A stretch of 24,894 nt of DNA from the IMG/VR virus record IMGVR_UViG_3300037991_001422, positions 1 through 24,894 of that record, one strand, 5' to 3'. Shown piece by piece: positions 18,379 through 24,894 of this stretch. Position numbers and translations under genes: made by a program. The DNA is from a virus (Duplodnaviria > Caudoviricetes). The notes under the pieces were generated by a model. The model was not told the origin of the DNA. It searched no databases and saw only the letters and a program-made list of their open reading frames with translations. Each line of letters starts with the position of its first letter. The first letter of the stretch is position 1.

Positions 18379-21082
18379 AACGTCCGTCCCAGCTTCCTGA
18401 GACTATAGTGGCGGTAAAGGGGTCAGGGATTTTAACAGTAAGGGTGTATTTTTCGTTCTTCCTGTAGATAGGAACTTTGACAGACTTGTAGGGAGCAGTA
18501 GGTGTAGCGTTGAACGAGCCCAGATCAACCTCCATGCCAGACTCATACTGGATGTAGTTGTCTACCTGTGGAGACACAAGGTGGAACTCCATAGGACCAG
18601 AGATGCCTAGTTCAAAGTTGATGCGGTTGATACGCAGCTCACCATCAATATCGTACTTACCGCTGTCAATAGCGTAGTAGAAGTGAGGAAGTTCGATCTC
18701 TGTGATATACTTGTATCCAATAGCAACATTGCCTGTAGTCAGATCAATGTTGTTAAAAGTAGCAGTAGTACCACTAACGCTGTCAGGAACTCTGACAACA
18801 CCAGCATCAGTACCGCTGAGGAATACAGCCACCATATCGGTGCTGCCATCATAAGTGTAAGGTAAAGTTACCGTAGAAATTTTTGTCGCAGAATCGTAGG
18901 AGGCTGACGCAATGGTCATGTTGTCCAGGGTAGCCTCAAACCTACGTCCGATAGAGCCAGTGCCTACCTGATAGCTCCTGTTGTTAATGGTGTCAGTAAC
19001 CATCTCGTGACGGTTCAGGACGTAGTTACCGTTCTGATTGCTGACTACAAATTGGTTACCAGCAGTATAGGTGCTGTGTACAAAGCTACCAGTCAGGGTC
19101 CAAGTGTACCATGCAGACTGCTGACGTTCAGTGCCAGAGTCGTAGTACTTGTAGAAGTAGATCTGTGTGTCACCCTTCTTGCCATAGGTCACCAGTCCAA
19201 CCTGTGAGGAGTTAGACGAGTGATCAATGTCCTTAGGGATCAGCTCAGGGATTACACGGGTCTGCTCCAGGACCTTGGGAGGGACAGTCTCATCCTGGAT
19301 CACCATCTCAAACACACGAGTGTGTGCTGCACTGCCAGTGCTAAACATCACAGAGGTGCCCATGTCGATAGGACGAACTGTTGGACTACACTCGTAGGAG
19401 GACAGCTTCTTCAGCTGTGCAGTGTTAGCACTGAACCGATCTGAATCAGTAAACAGCATGAACTGTGCTGACTCACTAAACAAGACCAGACCCTTTTGAA
19501 GAGGCAGGACATGGTTCAAAAAGGCAGGCTTGATGTCAGAGGCTGCGATGTCGATGGGATCTGCATCACTAGTAGTAATTGCAGAAACGATGAAAAAGTT
19601 AAAGTAATCAGCAGGCTGACTAAGGATGACGTTTTCACCAGCAATAAATCCTAAGCGGTTACGGTAGAAGAAAATGTCTTTGATACCCTTACCAACAAAG
19701 GTAGGGTCAGGGTTACTGTTTATATCACCAGCCTGCCTGTCAATCCAATAATTATCAGGATCAGCAGACTGACTTAGCGGACGAAAACTGAAGGTACCGT
19801 TGCGGTTGTTGACCAGAGCATGGGGCATGGTAGAGGGGTTGAGTCCAGCTACAATGCCAGGAGCTACAGTCTCTTCCCATGAACCTGTACCCTTGTTACC
19901 ACTGTCAGCTACAAACTTGACATAATAGTCATCAGACTCAGACTCCTCAGTGTTAGACACCTTGGCGATGTACCCGTCCTTGCACTGCTGTGGCAGCTTG
20001 CTGACGTTGGCTACAGAGTCTTGGATAACTTCCAGTGAGTTGTTTACCGTACCACCCCTGACTTCGATTGTAAAGCTAGAGCTGGATGTGATAAACAAGC
20101 CATCACCAATGATCTCACAGGTTACGCTGTAGTTAGATTGAATGCTGCTTTTTAGCTCACCCAAGATTGTGTTAATACTCAGGCTACCCTTGTCAGGATT
20201 CTTTGGTGTGCGATAAAATCCTACACCAGAGTCAGAGTAAGTTTCGTAAGGTTCAGTGGAATTGATAGTGACATTATAAAGTATGCCAGCAACGTTTACA
20301 CCATAACTAGCACTAGAGTTCACATCAAACCCTGGATCTTGCAGCACTACTTCGGCATTGTACTGTGCACCATACTGTGCTTCACTGTTAGCATTATAGC
20401 TATTGACAAAGCTACTGCCATTGACTAGCACAGTAAACTTAAGTCCAGTAGCAGCGTCAAAGTATTCTTGCTTACCTGCGTGTTGTGCCGGTCCAGCAGT
20501 TCCACTTGTATCTTGCCAGGAGCTGGAAGTTGTACCATTCTTGACAACACTCAAAGCACCTGCACGGCGTTTGGTTGTAGAGCTGAGGTTAGAACCATTG
20601 ATAGCAACCACGTACTCTGCGTTGTACGCCACTGTGTTAATTGAAACAAAGGCGTAAGCGTTTCCGTTGTTGAAGGTATCAGTGGTTCCCGTCGTTCCTA
20701 CGGTCTGCTGGGGGTTAGTGATGAGCGTGTAGTCACCGATGGTCTGGAGACCGTAAGGCTGAGTAGCACCAGCCAAGTAACTCATGCTACCACTCACAGT
20801 CTGGGCAGCACCTGTCTCAAGGTTCCAGACTTTGATGTCAGAGCTAGTGATTTGCCCAATAAATTTTTCGTCAGAATCTCTGATAATCTCAAACCACTGA
20901 CCACCGGAGGTAGCGCCTGCCAGCTGACCAACGAACTCACCAGGAGGTCGCTTAGACAAGCCAAAGGTCACATCAGGGTATGCGTTGTCACACTTCCTGA
21001 GCTGACCAGGGAACTTAATAAAGTCTGGCTGCTGTGAGACGCCTCCAAGAAAGTTTTGAATCCGTTGATTAACTGCTACCAT
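18350..21082 (-). CDS. Tail tubular protein B (T7 gp12-like nozzle, 910 aa)
   Basis: N-terminal IQNFLGGVSQQPD...N.YPD...GL.KRP, plus WEET, TMPHALV, P.FVG..I..IFFYRNRLGF and QSAW..W motifs. Confidence 0.93.
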   Translation of the reverse strand: MVAVNQRIQNFLGGVSQQPDFIKFPGQLRKCDNAYPDVTFGLSKRPPGEFVGQLAGATSGGQWFEIIRDSDEKFIGQITSSDIKVWNLETGAAQTVSGSMSYLAGATQPYGLQTIGDYTLITNPQQTVGTTGTTDTFNNGNAYAFVSINTVAYNAEYVVAINGSNLSSTTKRRAGALSVVKNGTTSSSWQDTSGTAGPAQHAGKQEYFDAATGLKFTVLVNGSSFVNSYNANSEAQYGAQYNAEVVLQDPGFDVNSSASYGVNVAGILYNVTINSTEPYETYSDSGVGFYRTPKNPDKGSLSINTILGELKSSIQSNYSVTCEIIGDGLFITSSSSFTIEVRGGTVNNSLEVIQDSVANVSKLPQQCKDGYIAKVSNTEESESDDYYVKFVADSGNKGTGSWEETVAPGIVAGLNPSTMPHALVNNRNGTFSFRPLSQSADPDNYWIDRQAGDINSNPDPTFVGKGIKDIFFYRNRLGFIAGENVILSQPADYFNFFIVSAITTSDADPIDIAASDIKPAFLNHVLPLQKGLVLFSESAQFMLFTDSDRFSANTAQLKKLSSYECSPTVRPIDMGTSVMFSTGSAAHTRVFEMVIQDETVPPKVLEQTRVIPELIPKDIDHSSNSSQVGLVTYGKKGDTQIYFYKYYDSGTERQQSAWYTWTLTGSFVHSTYTAGNQFVVSNQNGNYVLNRHEMVTDTINNRSYQVGTGSIGRRFEATLDNMTIASASYDSATKISTVTLPYTYDGSTDMVAVFLSGTDAGVVRVPDSVSGTTATFNNIDLTTGNVAIGYKYITEIELPHFYYAIDSGKYDIDGELRINRINFELGISGPMEFHLVSPQVDNYIQYESGMEVDLGSFNATPTAPYKSVKVPIYRKNEKYTLTVKIPDPFTATIVSGSWDGRYDNKRHIRR

Positions 21083-21084
21083 AG

Positions 21085-21705
21085 CTATCGAGCAACTGCG
21101 TTAAAGGGTTTGTAGGAGGGGTATGGGTTGCGGAAGTCGGTGCCTTGGAACATGTTGTACTCAGCCTGCTGGGTGTCATACTCAACAGCTAGAGCACGGA
21201 GCTGTACCTCGTCTGCTGTGAGGAGCTTGACAGCTTTCTCATCGTTGACCATACGGGTCACAGCAATGCGGGAAGCGCGTGAAGCGATGTAGTCACGGAA
21301 GACCTGAGGGATGTCATCAAACTCGAAGAACCACACCACATCACAGTAGAGAGTATCGATGTCCTTAAATTTATAGGAGTGAGAATAACGATCATACAGC
21401 TTACCATCCCTCTTAATTACATCATAGTCATCACGATGCTTGAACTTGTTCACGTCCAGCTGGAGGACAGTGGGCGGAATCAGCACCTCGTCGTTGGTGT
21501 CTACCACAAACGGGAACTCGTATTCAGTATTGTACACCCAGCCCTCAGACTGAACTTCACGACAGACTTGTCGGAGAGTGTTCTGAGCAATAGCAACTTC
21601 AGGACTTTGGGTGGTTAGTGTATTGACAGGAGACTCACCCACGCTCATGAGAACGTGGTTAACAGCATCCAGTTCGGTGGACGATGCGTACGAATTAGTT
21701 GTCAT
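21085..21705 (-). CDS. Tail tubular protein A (T7 gp11-like, 206 aa)
   Basis: TELDAVNHVLMSVGESPVNTL...VQSEGWVYNTE...F..IP..FR.YI..RA signature; directly after the capsid terminator. Confidence 0.93.
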   Translation of the reverse strand: MTTNSYASSTELDAVNHVLMSVGESPVNTLTTQSPEVAIAQNTLRQVCREVQSEGWVYNTEYEFPFVVDTNDEVLIPPTVLQLDVNKFKHRDDYDVIKRDGKLYDRYSHSYKFKDIDTLYCDVVWFFEFDDIPQVFRDYIASRASRIAVTRMVNDEKAVKLLTADEVQLRALAVEYDTQQAEYNMFQGTDFRNPYPSYKPFNAVAR

Positions 21706-21710
21706 GATAT

Positions 21711-21737
21711 AAAAAAAGGGACCCCCGAAGGAGTCCC
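21711..21737 (-). terminator. Intrinsic terminator after the capsid gene (T7 T-phi equivalent)
   Basis: Minus strand GGGACTCC-TTCG-GGGGTCCC-TTTTTTT: 8-bp stem (one G-U pair), cUUCGg tetraloop and U7 tract. Confidence 0.93.
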
Positions 21738-21756
21738 AGTATAAAACAAGAATGGA

Positions 21757-22851
21757 TCAGAATGCAGAACCAGCGGTGCTGGTAGCGTGCAGTTCGACAC
21801 AAGCAGCAGGGTTCAGGTAGTCGGTACCCATGCTGAGGCGACCCAGAATCACGTCACCTTGGTAGATAACGGACACGTCGCCAGAGGTGACCTGGACCTG
21901 GGGTCCAATGGTCTCAACGACACCAGCGGCTTCGCGTTGGAAGATAAGTCCGCAGGAGGTATCGAAGTCAGAGGCACCACCGTAGGCGTTGTTTTCGCCA
22001 GTGGTGGTAGCTTCCACGTCAACGCCCACGTAGGAGCCAGCGTTGTCGATGGTAGAGGCGGTACCATACTTGCCCAGGAACGGGAGGTTCATGGACTTGA
22101 AGATCTTGATACCAGCGATCGACAGCACACCCTGACCGGACTGCAGAGCGGTGCCCTGCTCGTCACGGTTGATCAGAGCGTTGCTCTGCACGTTTTCCAC
22201 GAGCGAGTAGAATTGGCGTGGGGACAGAACAGCCACACGACCATCCTGAGACACACCCTTCTCATCCAGGACAGCGGCTGCTTCAAAGAAGGCTGCCACG
22301 ATCTTGGTGGAGTCGAGAGCATCGGCGGTAGTGCCAGTGCCAGAGCCGATTTGGATCTGGGTACCACCGGGCTCAACCTTGCCAGATGCAGAGATGGGGT
22401 GAGCAGCACGTGCACCGCGTGCAATAGCACGGAAGATGCGACGGTCATAGTGCTCAGCCAGAGCATAGCCGATCTTCTTGGAGATCTCGCCACGCAGCTC
22501 GTAGTGAGCCAGGGTCTCATCGAGATCATACACGAAAGCGGAGCTGACCAGCAGGTCATCGACCACGATGGTCTTCTCTGCCACCGGGGGATCACCAGAT
22601 CCCAGGATCGGAGTACCAGGCGTATGGAAACCAGCGTCCATGCGTCCAGTGTAGATGAACTGAAGAGACTTACCGTTCTTCAGCGTGCGCTTCATGACGA
22701 GGTCACGAGCGATGGTATTATGCTGGAAGCCCTTGAACATCTCACCAGAGAAGAGCTTCAGATAAAGTTCATACTTGTCACCAGAACCACCATAACCAGT
22801 ACCAGTACTGAGATTAGAGCGGCCTAGCGCAGTTTGTGTTGCGTTAGCCAT
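21757..22851 (-). CDS. Major capsid protein (T7 gp10-like, 364 aa)
   Basis: LYLKLFSGEMFKGF...RTLKNGKSLQFIYTG...EKTIVVDDLLVS..FVYDLDE..AHYELRGE.S..IGYALA..YDR motifs; strong codon bias. Confidence 0.96.
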   Translation of the reverse strand: MANATQTALGRSNLSTGTGYGGSGDKYELYLKLFSGEMFKGFQHNTIARDLVMKRTLKNGKSLQFIYTGRMDAGFHTPGTPILGSGDPPVAEKTIVVDDLLVSSAFVYDLDETLAHYELRGEISKKIGYALAEHYDRRIFRAIARGARAAHPISASGKVEPGGTQIQIGSGTGTTADALDSTKIVAAFFEAAAVLDEKGVSQDGRVAVLSPRQFYSLVENVQSNALINRDEQGTALQSGQGVLSIAGIKIFKSMNLPFLGKYGTASTIDNAGSYVGVDVEATTTGENNAYGGASDFDTSCGLIFQREAAGVVETIGPQVQVTSGDVSVIYQGDVILGRLSMGTDYLNPAACVELHATSTAGSAF

Positions 22852-22907
22852 TTGTTTAAGGAGTTAGTAAATTGTAACAGACTCCGAACGTTCAGATAAA
22901 AAAGTTT

Positions 22908-23006
22908 TGTGGTCTATCCCACCGTCTAGACGGCTAAGGGTGTCCCTCGTAAGGGGCCAAAGCCAATGACTGGGGGAGGAATCGAACCTCCCCTACACCG
23001 TCAGTC
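22908..23006 (-). ncRNA. Putative structured RNA in the capsid leader: mini tRNA-like element plus downstream hairpins
   Basis: GACTG-ACGGTGTA-GGGGAGG-TTCGATT-CCTCCCC-CAGTC-A, followed by GGCT..CCCT-TACG-AGGG..AGCC and GTCTA..TAGAC / GTGG..CCAC pairings. Confidence 0.55.
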
Positions 23007-23108
23007 GATCTCTTTATACACTACACCACGGTAGCGCAGGGCATCAGTATGATAACGCTCTGCGCGTTTCTTCTGTGATGCAAGGAAACGAATAAGATTG
23101 ATGGACAT
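23001..23108 (-). CDS. 35-aa YRGVxY peptide (DUF4278 / glutamine-riboswitch downstream peptide-like), not in the ORF track
   Basis: Manual translation: MSINLIRFLASQKKRAERYHTDALRYRGVVYKEID*. The LRYRGVVY motif is present and the ATG lies just 3' of the riboswitch. Confidence 0.85.
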   Translation of the reverse strand: MSINLIRFLASQKKRAERYHTDALRYRGVVYKEID

Positions 23109-23111
23109 GAG

Positions 23112-23184
23112 TTCGTACAAGATTAAACCTAACCCCCGTTCCATGGTTAGGCAGCATGCGTCCCGAATGGGATGAACGTACGAA
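23112..23184 (-). promoter_or_regulatory. Glutamine-II riboswitch (Downstream-peptide RNA motif)
   Basis: Minus strand CGTTCA-TCCC-ATTC-GGGA-CGCATGCTG-CCTAACC-ATG-GAACG-GGGGTTAGG. P1 CGUUC/GAACG, P2 UCCC/GGGA, pseudoknot CCUAAC/GUUAGG, GGAACGGGG core; upstream of a YRG peptide. Confidence 0.88.
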
Positions 23185-23186
23185 TA

Positions 23187-23300
23187 CTACTTCTTTTTCT
23201 TTTTCTTTTTACCAGAGGATTTCTCGATCAGAAGCTCCGTCCGGTCCTTTCGGTTTTTAAGTTTGTGGAACAATCCCACATGACTGGGTAGTTGTTTCAT
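23187..23300 (-). CDS. 37-aa basic micropeptide with poly-Lys tail, not in the ORF track
   Basis: MKQLPSHVGLFHKLKNRKDRTELLIEKSSGKKKKKKK*; ATGA overlap with the upstream ORF. Confidence 0.6.
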   Translation of the reverse strand: MKQLPSHVGLFHKLKNRKDRTELLIEKSSGKKKKKKK

Positions 23301-23458
23301 TTTGCGTACTTACGCTTCTTGGCAGTCTGTGCTGACCGCCTAAAATTAGCAGCAGTAGGAGCACCTGGAGCACCAGGCTTCCTCATCTTCTCACCACTGC
23401 CAGCAGCAATGCGCTTGCGCTTGGCGTGGATGTTAGCATAAAGTCCAGGTTTAGCCAT
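23297..23458 (-). CDS. 53-aa basic protein, not in the ORF track
   Basis: MAKPGLYANIHAKRKRIAAGSGEKMRKPGAPGAPTAANFRRSAQTAKKRKYAK*. GLYANIHAKRKRI is a motif I recall from aquatic phage small proteins; overlaps both neighbours. Confidence 0.85.
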   Translation of the reverse strand: MAKPGLYANIHAKRKRIAAGSGEKMRKPGAPGAPTAANFRRSAQTAKKRKYAK

Positions 23459-23519
23459 AACGTTTTTTCTTAGGCGGACGGCCTTTTTTTGTACCGTAAG
23501 TTCCTTTTCCTTGTGGCAT
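23451..23519 (-). CDS. 22-aa basic micropeptide with AT-hook-like motif, not in the ORF track
   Basis: MPQGKGTYGTKKGRPPKKKRYG*; starts 2 nt after the previous stop and overlaps the next start by 8 nt. Confidence 0.7.
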   Translation of the reverse strand: MPQGKGTYGTKKGRPPKKKRYG

Positions 23520-23521
23520 AA

Positions 23522-23755
23522 TCAGCATTTCCATTTGCGTAGTGCAAGAGCCTTCCTTGTGGGACGACCCTTGCTGTCTTTCATTGGTCCTTTGACACCG
23601 CCCATGCGAGCACAAAAGGACCTCTTGCGGCCTGCAGCCTTTTTAGTTTTAGGGTTAGGAGCTGGGGGTTTTAGGTTAGCCCCCTCCTTCGCTTTGAAGT
23701 GTCTCCTGCCCGCAGCGGTCAAACCGCCAGAGGGACTTTTGTGTTCTTTACGCAT
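23522..23755 (-). CDS. 77-aa basic hypothetical phage protein
   Basis: TGATG-coupled to psbA. GGLTAAGR...NLKPP...RKRSFCARM...PTRKALALRKWKC resembles a recurrent aquatic phage family. Confidence 0.85.
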   Translation of the reverse strand: MRKEHKSPSGGLTAAGRRHFKAKEGANLKPPAPNPKTKKAAGRKRSFCARMGGVKGPMKDSKGRPTRKALALRKWKC

Positions 23756-24834
23756 CAGCCAATAGCGGGGGCATTGAGTGCGACAGGGGTGGTCTCAGCG
23801 GCTGCGAGATCCAGGGGGAAGTTGTGGGCATTACGCTCATGCATGACTTCCATACCCAGACCAGCTCGGTTGAGGACATCAGCCCAGGTATTCACCACAT
23901 GACCTTGACTCTCAACAATGGATTGATTGAAGTTGAATCCATTGAGGTTGAAAGCCATGGTGCTGACGCCGAGGGCGGTAAACCAGATGCCCACAACAGG
24001 CCACGCTGCGAGGAAGAAGTGCAGAGAGCGGCTGTTATTAAACGAAGCATACTGGAAAATCAAACGTCCGAAGTAACCGTGGGCAGCGACAATGTTATAT
24101 GTCTCTTCTTCCTGCCCAAACTTGTATCCATAACTCTGCGAGACCTCTTCGGTAGTCTCCCTAATGAGGGACGACGTGACGAGAGATCCGTGCATAGCTG
24201 AAAAGAGAGCACCACCAAATACCCCAGCAACACCAAGCATATGGAAAGGGTGCATGAGAATGTTGTGCTCCGCTTGGAAGACAAGCATGTAGTTAAAGGT
24301 ACCTGAGATTCCGAGGGGCATTGCATCAGAGAAAGATCCTTGTCCGAAGGGATAAACCAGGAACACGGCAGAGGCAGCTGCAACAGGTGCAGAGTATGCC
24401 ACAAAGATCCAAGGACGCATACCTAGTCGATAGCTAAGTTCCCACTCTCGTCCCATGTAAGAATAGATACCAATGAGGAAGTGGAAAACGACAAGCTGGA
24501 ATGGACCCCCGTTGTAGAGCCATTCATCAAGTGTAGCAGCTTCCCAAATTGGGTAGAAGTGTAGTCCGATGGCATTGCTGCTCGGAACGACGGCTCCCGA
24601 TATGATGTTGTTTCCATAGAGGAGGGAGCCTGCAACGGGTTCACGGATTCCATCAATGTCAACAGGCGGTGCGCCAATGAAGGCGATAATAAAACAGGTT
24701 GTGGCTGCCAGTAAGGTAGGAATCATCAGGATACCAAACCAGCCTACGTATAGACGATTGTTTGTAGAGGTTACCCAGGAACAGAACTGCTCCCAGTTAC
24801 TCGTCTGACCTCTTAGTGAAGTAATCGCTGTCAT
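23755..24834 (-). CDS. psbA: Photosystem II reaction centre protein D1 (auxiliary metabolic gene, 359 aa)
   Basis: Unmistakable D1: [65 protein letters not shown] plus a 15-aa C-terminal extension; no intron. Confidence 0.99.
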   Translation of the reverse strand: MTAITSLRGQTSNWEQFCSWVTSTNNRLYVGWFGILMIPTLLAATTCFIIAFIGAPPVDIDGIREPVAGSLLYGNNIISGAVVPSSNAIGLHFYPIWEAATLDEWLYNGGPFQLVVFHFLIGIYSYMGREWELSYRLGMRPWIFVAYSAPVAAASAVFLVYPFGQGSFSDAMPLGISGTFNYMLVFQAEHNILMHPFHMLGVAGVFGGALFSAMHGSLVTSSLIRETTEEVSQSYGYKFGQEEETYNIVAAHGYFGRLIFQYASFNNSRSLHFFLAAWPVVGIWFTALGVSTMAFNLNGFNFNQSIVESQGHVVNTWADVLNRAGLGMEVMHERNAHNFPLDLAAAETTPVALNAPAIG

Positions 24835-24894
24835 GAGTATGTATGTTGTGACAGTTGGCGCAGATTACCCTGCACTTATCTATCTCATCCATAA
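24797..24894 (-). CDS. 3' end of an HNH-type endonuclease gene (truncated by the window edge)
   Basis: Manual translation ..[41 protein letters not shown] is a typical HNH C-terminal motif; overlaps the psbA start by 38 nt. Confidence 0.75.
   Translation of the reverse strand, partial: MDEIDKCRVICANCHNIHTHDSDYFTKRSDE

Noticed and set aside
21738-21800. T7 gp10B-style capsid frameshift or readthrough extension
   Set aside because: The terminator begins about 20 nt after the stop and gp11 starts about 50 nt after it, leaving no room for an extension domain; no clear slippery site.
21787-22827. 346-aa plus-strand ORF antisense to the capsid gene
   Set aside because: Mirror ORF expected from the strong codon bias of the capsid gene; no protein-like motifs, and opposite to all phage transcription here.
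22908-22965. HDV-like (theta) ribozyme downstream of the tRNA-like element
   Set aside because: I could not build the nested P1/P2/P3/P1.1 double pseudoknot; the enclosed region is a simple UNCG hairpin.
22967-23040. Full tRNA gene suggested by GGTTCGATTCC
   Set aside because: No D arm, anticodon arm or matching 7-bp acceptor strand about 70 nt upstream; reported as a mini tRNA-like element instead.
23178-23190. NtcA box upstream of the riboswitch
   Set aside because: Spacing is GTA-N7-TAC rather than N8, and the sequence is explained by the stop codon and the RNA stem.
23755-24894. Group I intron in psbA or a PhotoRC-type leader RNA
   Set aside because: The ORF is continuous and full length, and the upstream 60 nt read as HNH coding sequence.
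1-24894. Repeated phage-RNAP promoter consensus, CRISPR array or alternative genetic code
   Set aside because: I could not identify a recurring promoter motif or spaced repeats by eye, and genes translate fully in the standard code using all three stop codons.

Overview
A 24.9 kb segment of a T7-like marine cyanopodovirus (Autographiviridae-type; P-SSP7/Syn5-like gene order), probably Synechococcus-infecting. Essentially all real genes are on the minus strand and tightly coupled by TAATG/TGATG/ATGA junctions. In transcription order (right to left): the 3' end of an HNH-type nuclease overlapping the psbA start; intact psbA (D1, Glu130); four tiny Lys/Arg-rich ORFs; a glutamine-II (Downstream-peptide) riboswitch in front of a 35-aa YRGVxY peptide; a structured leader containing a miniature tRNA-like element; major capsid; a T-phi-like terminator; tail tubular A and B; internal virion proteins gp13-gp16-like; a 1690-aa mosaic tail fibre and three accessory fibre/adhesin genes; five small membrane or secreted proteins; small terminase; a basic protein; an HNH nuclease; and a 270-aa very basic protein. 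The most interesting part is the ~900 nt between psbA and the capsid gene, mostly missed by the ORF track: basic micropeptides, a nitrogen-sensing riboswitch with its peptide, and a possible tRNA-mimic processing element ahead of the capsid mRNA. All calls come from reading motifs by eye; no database search was run.
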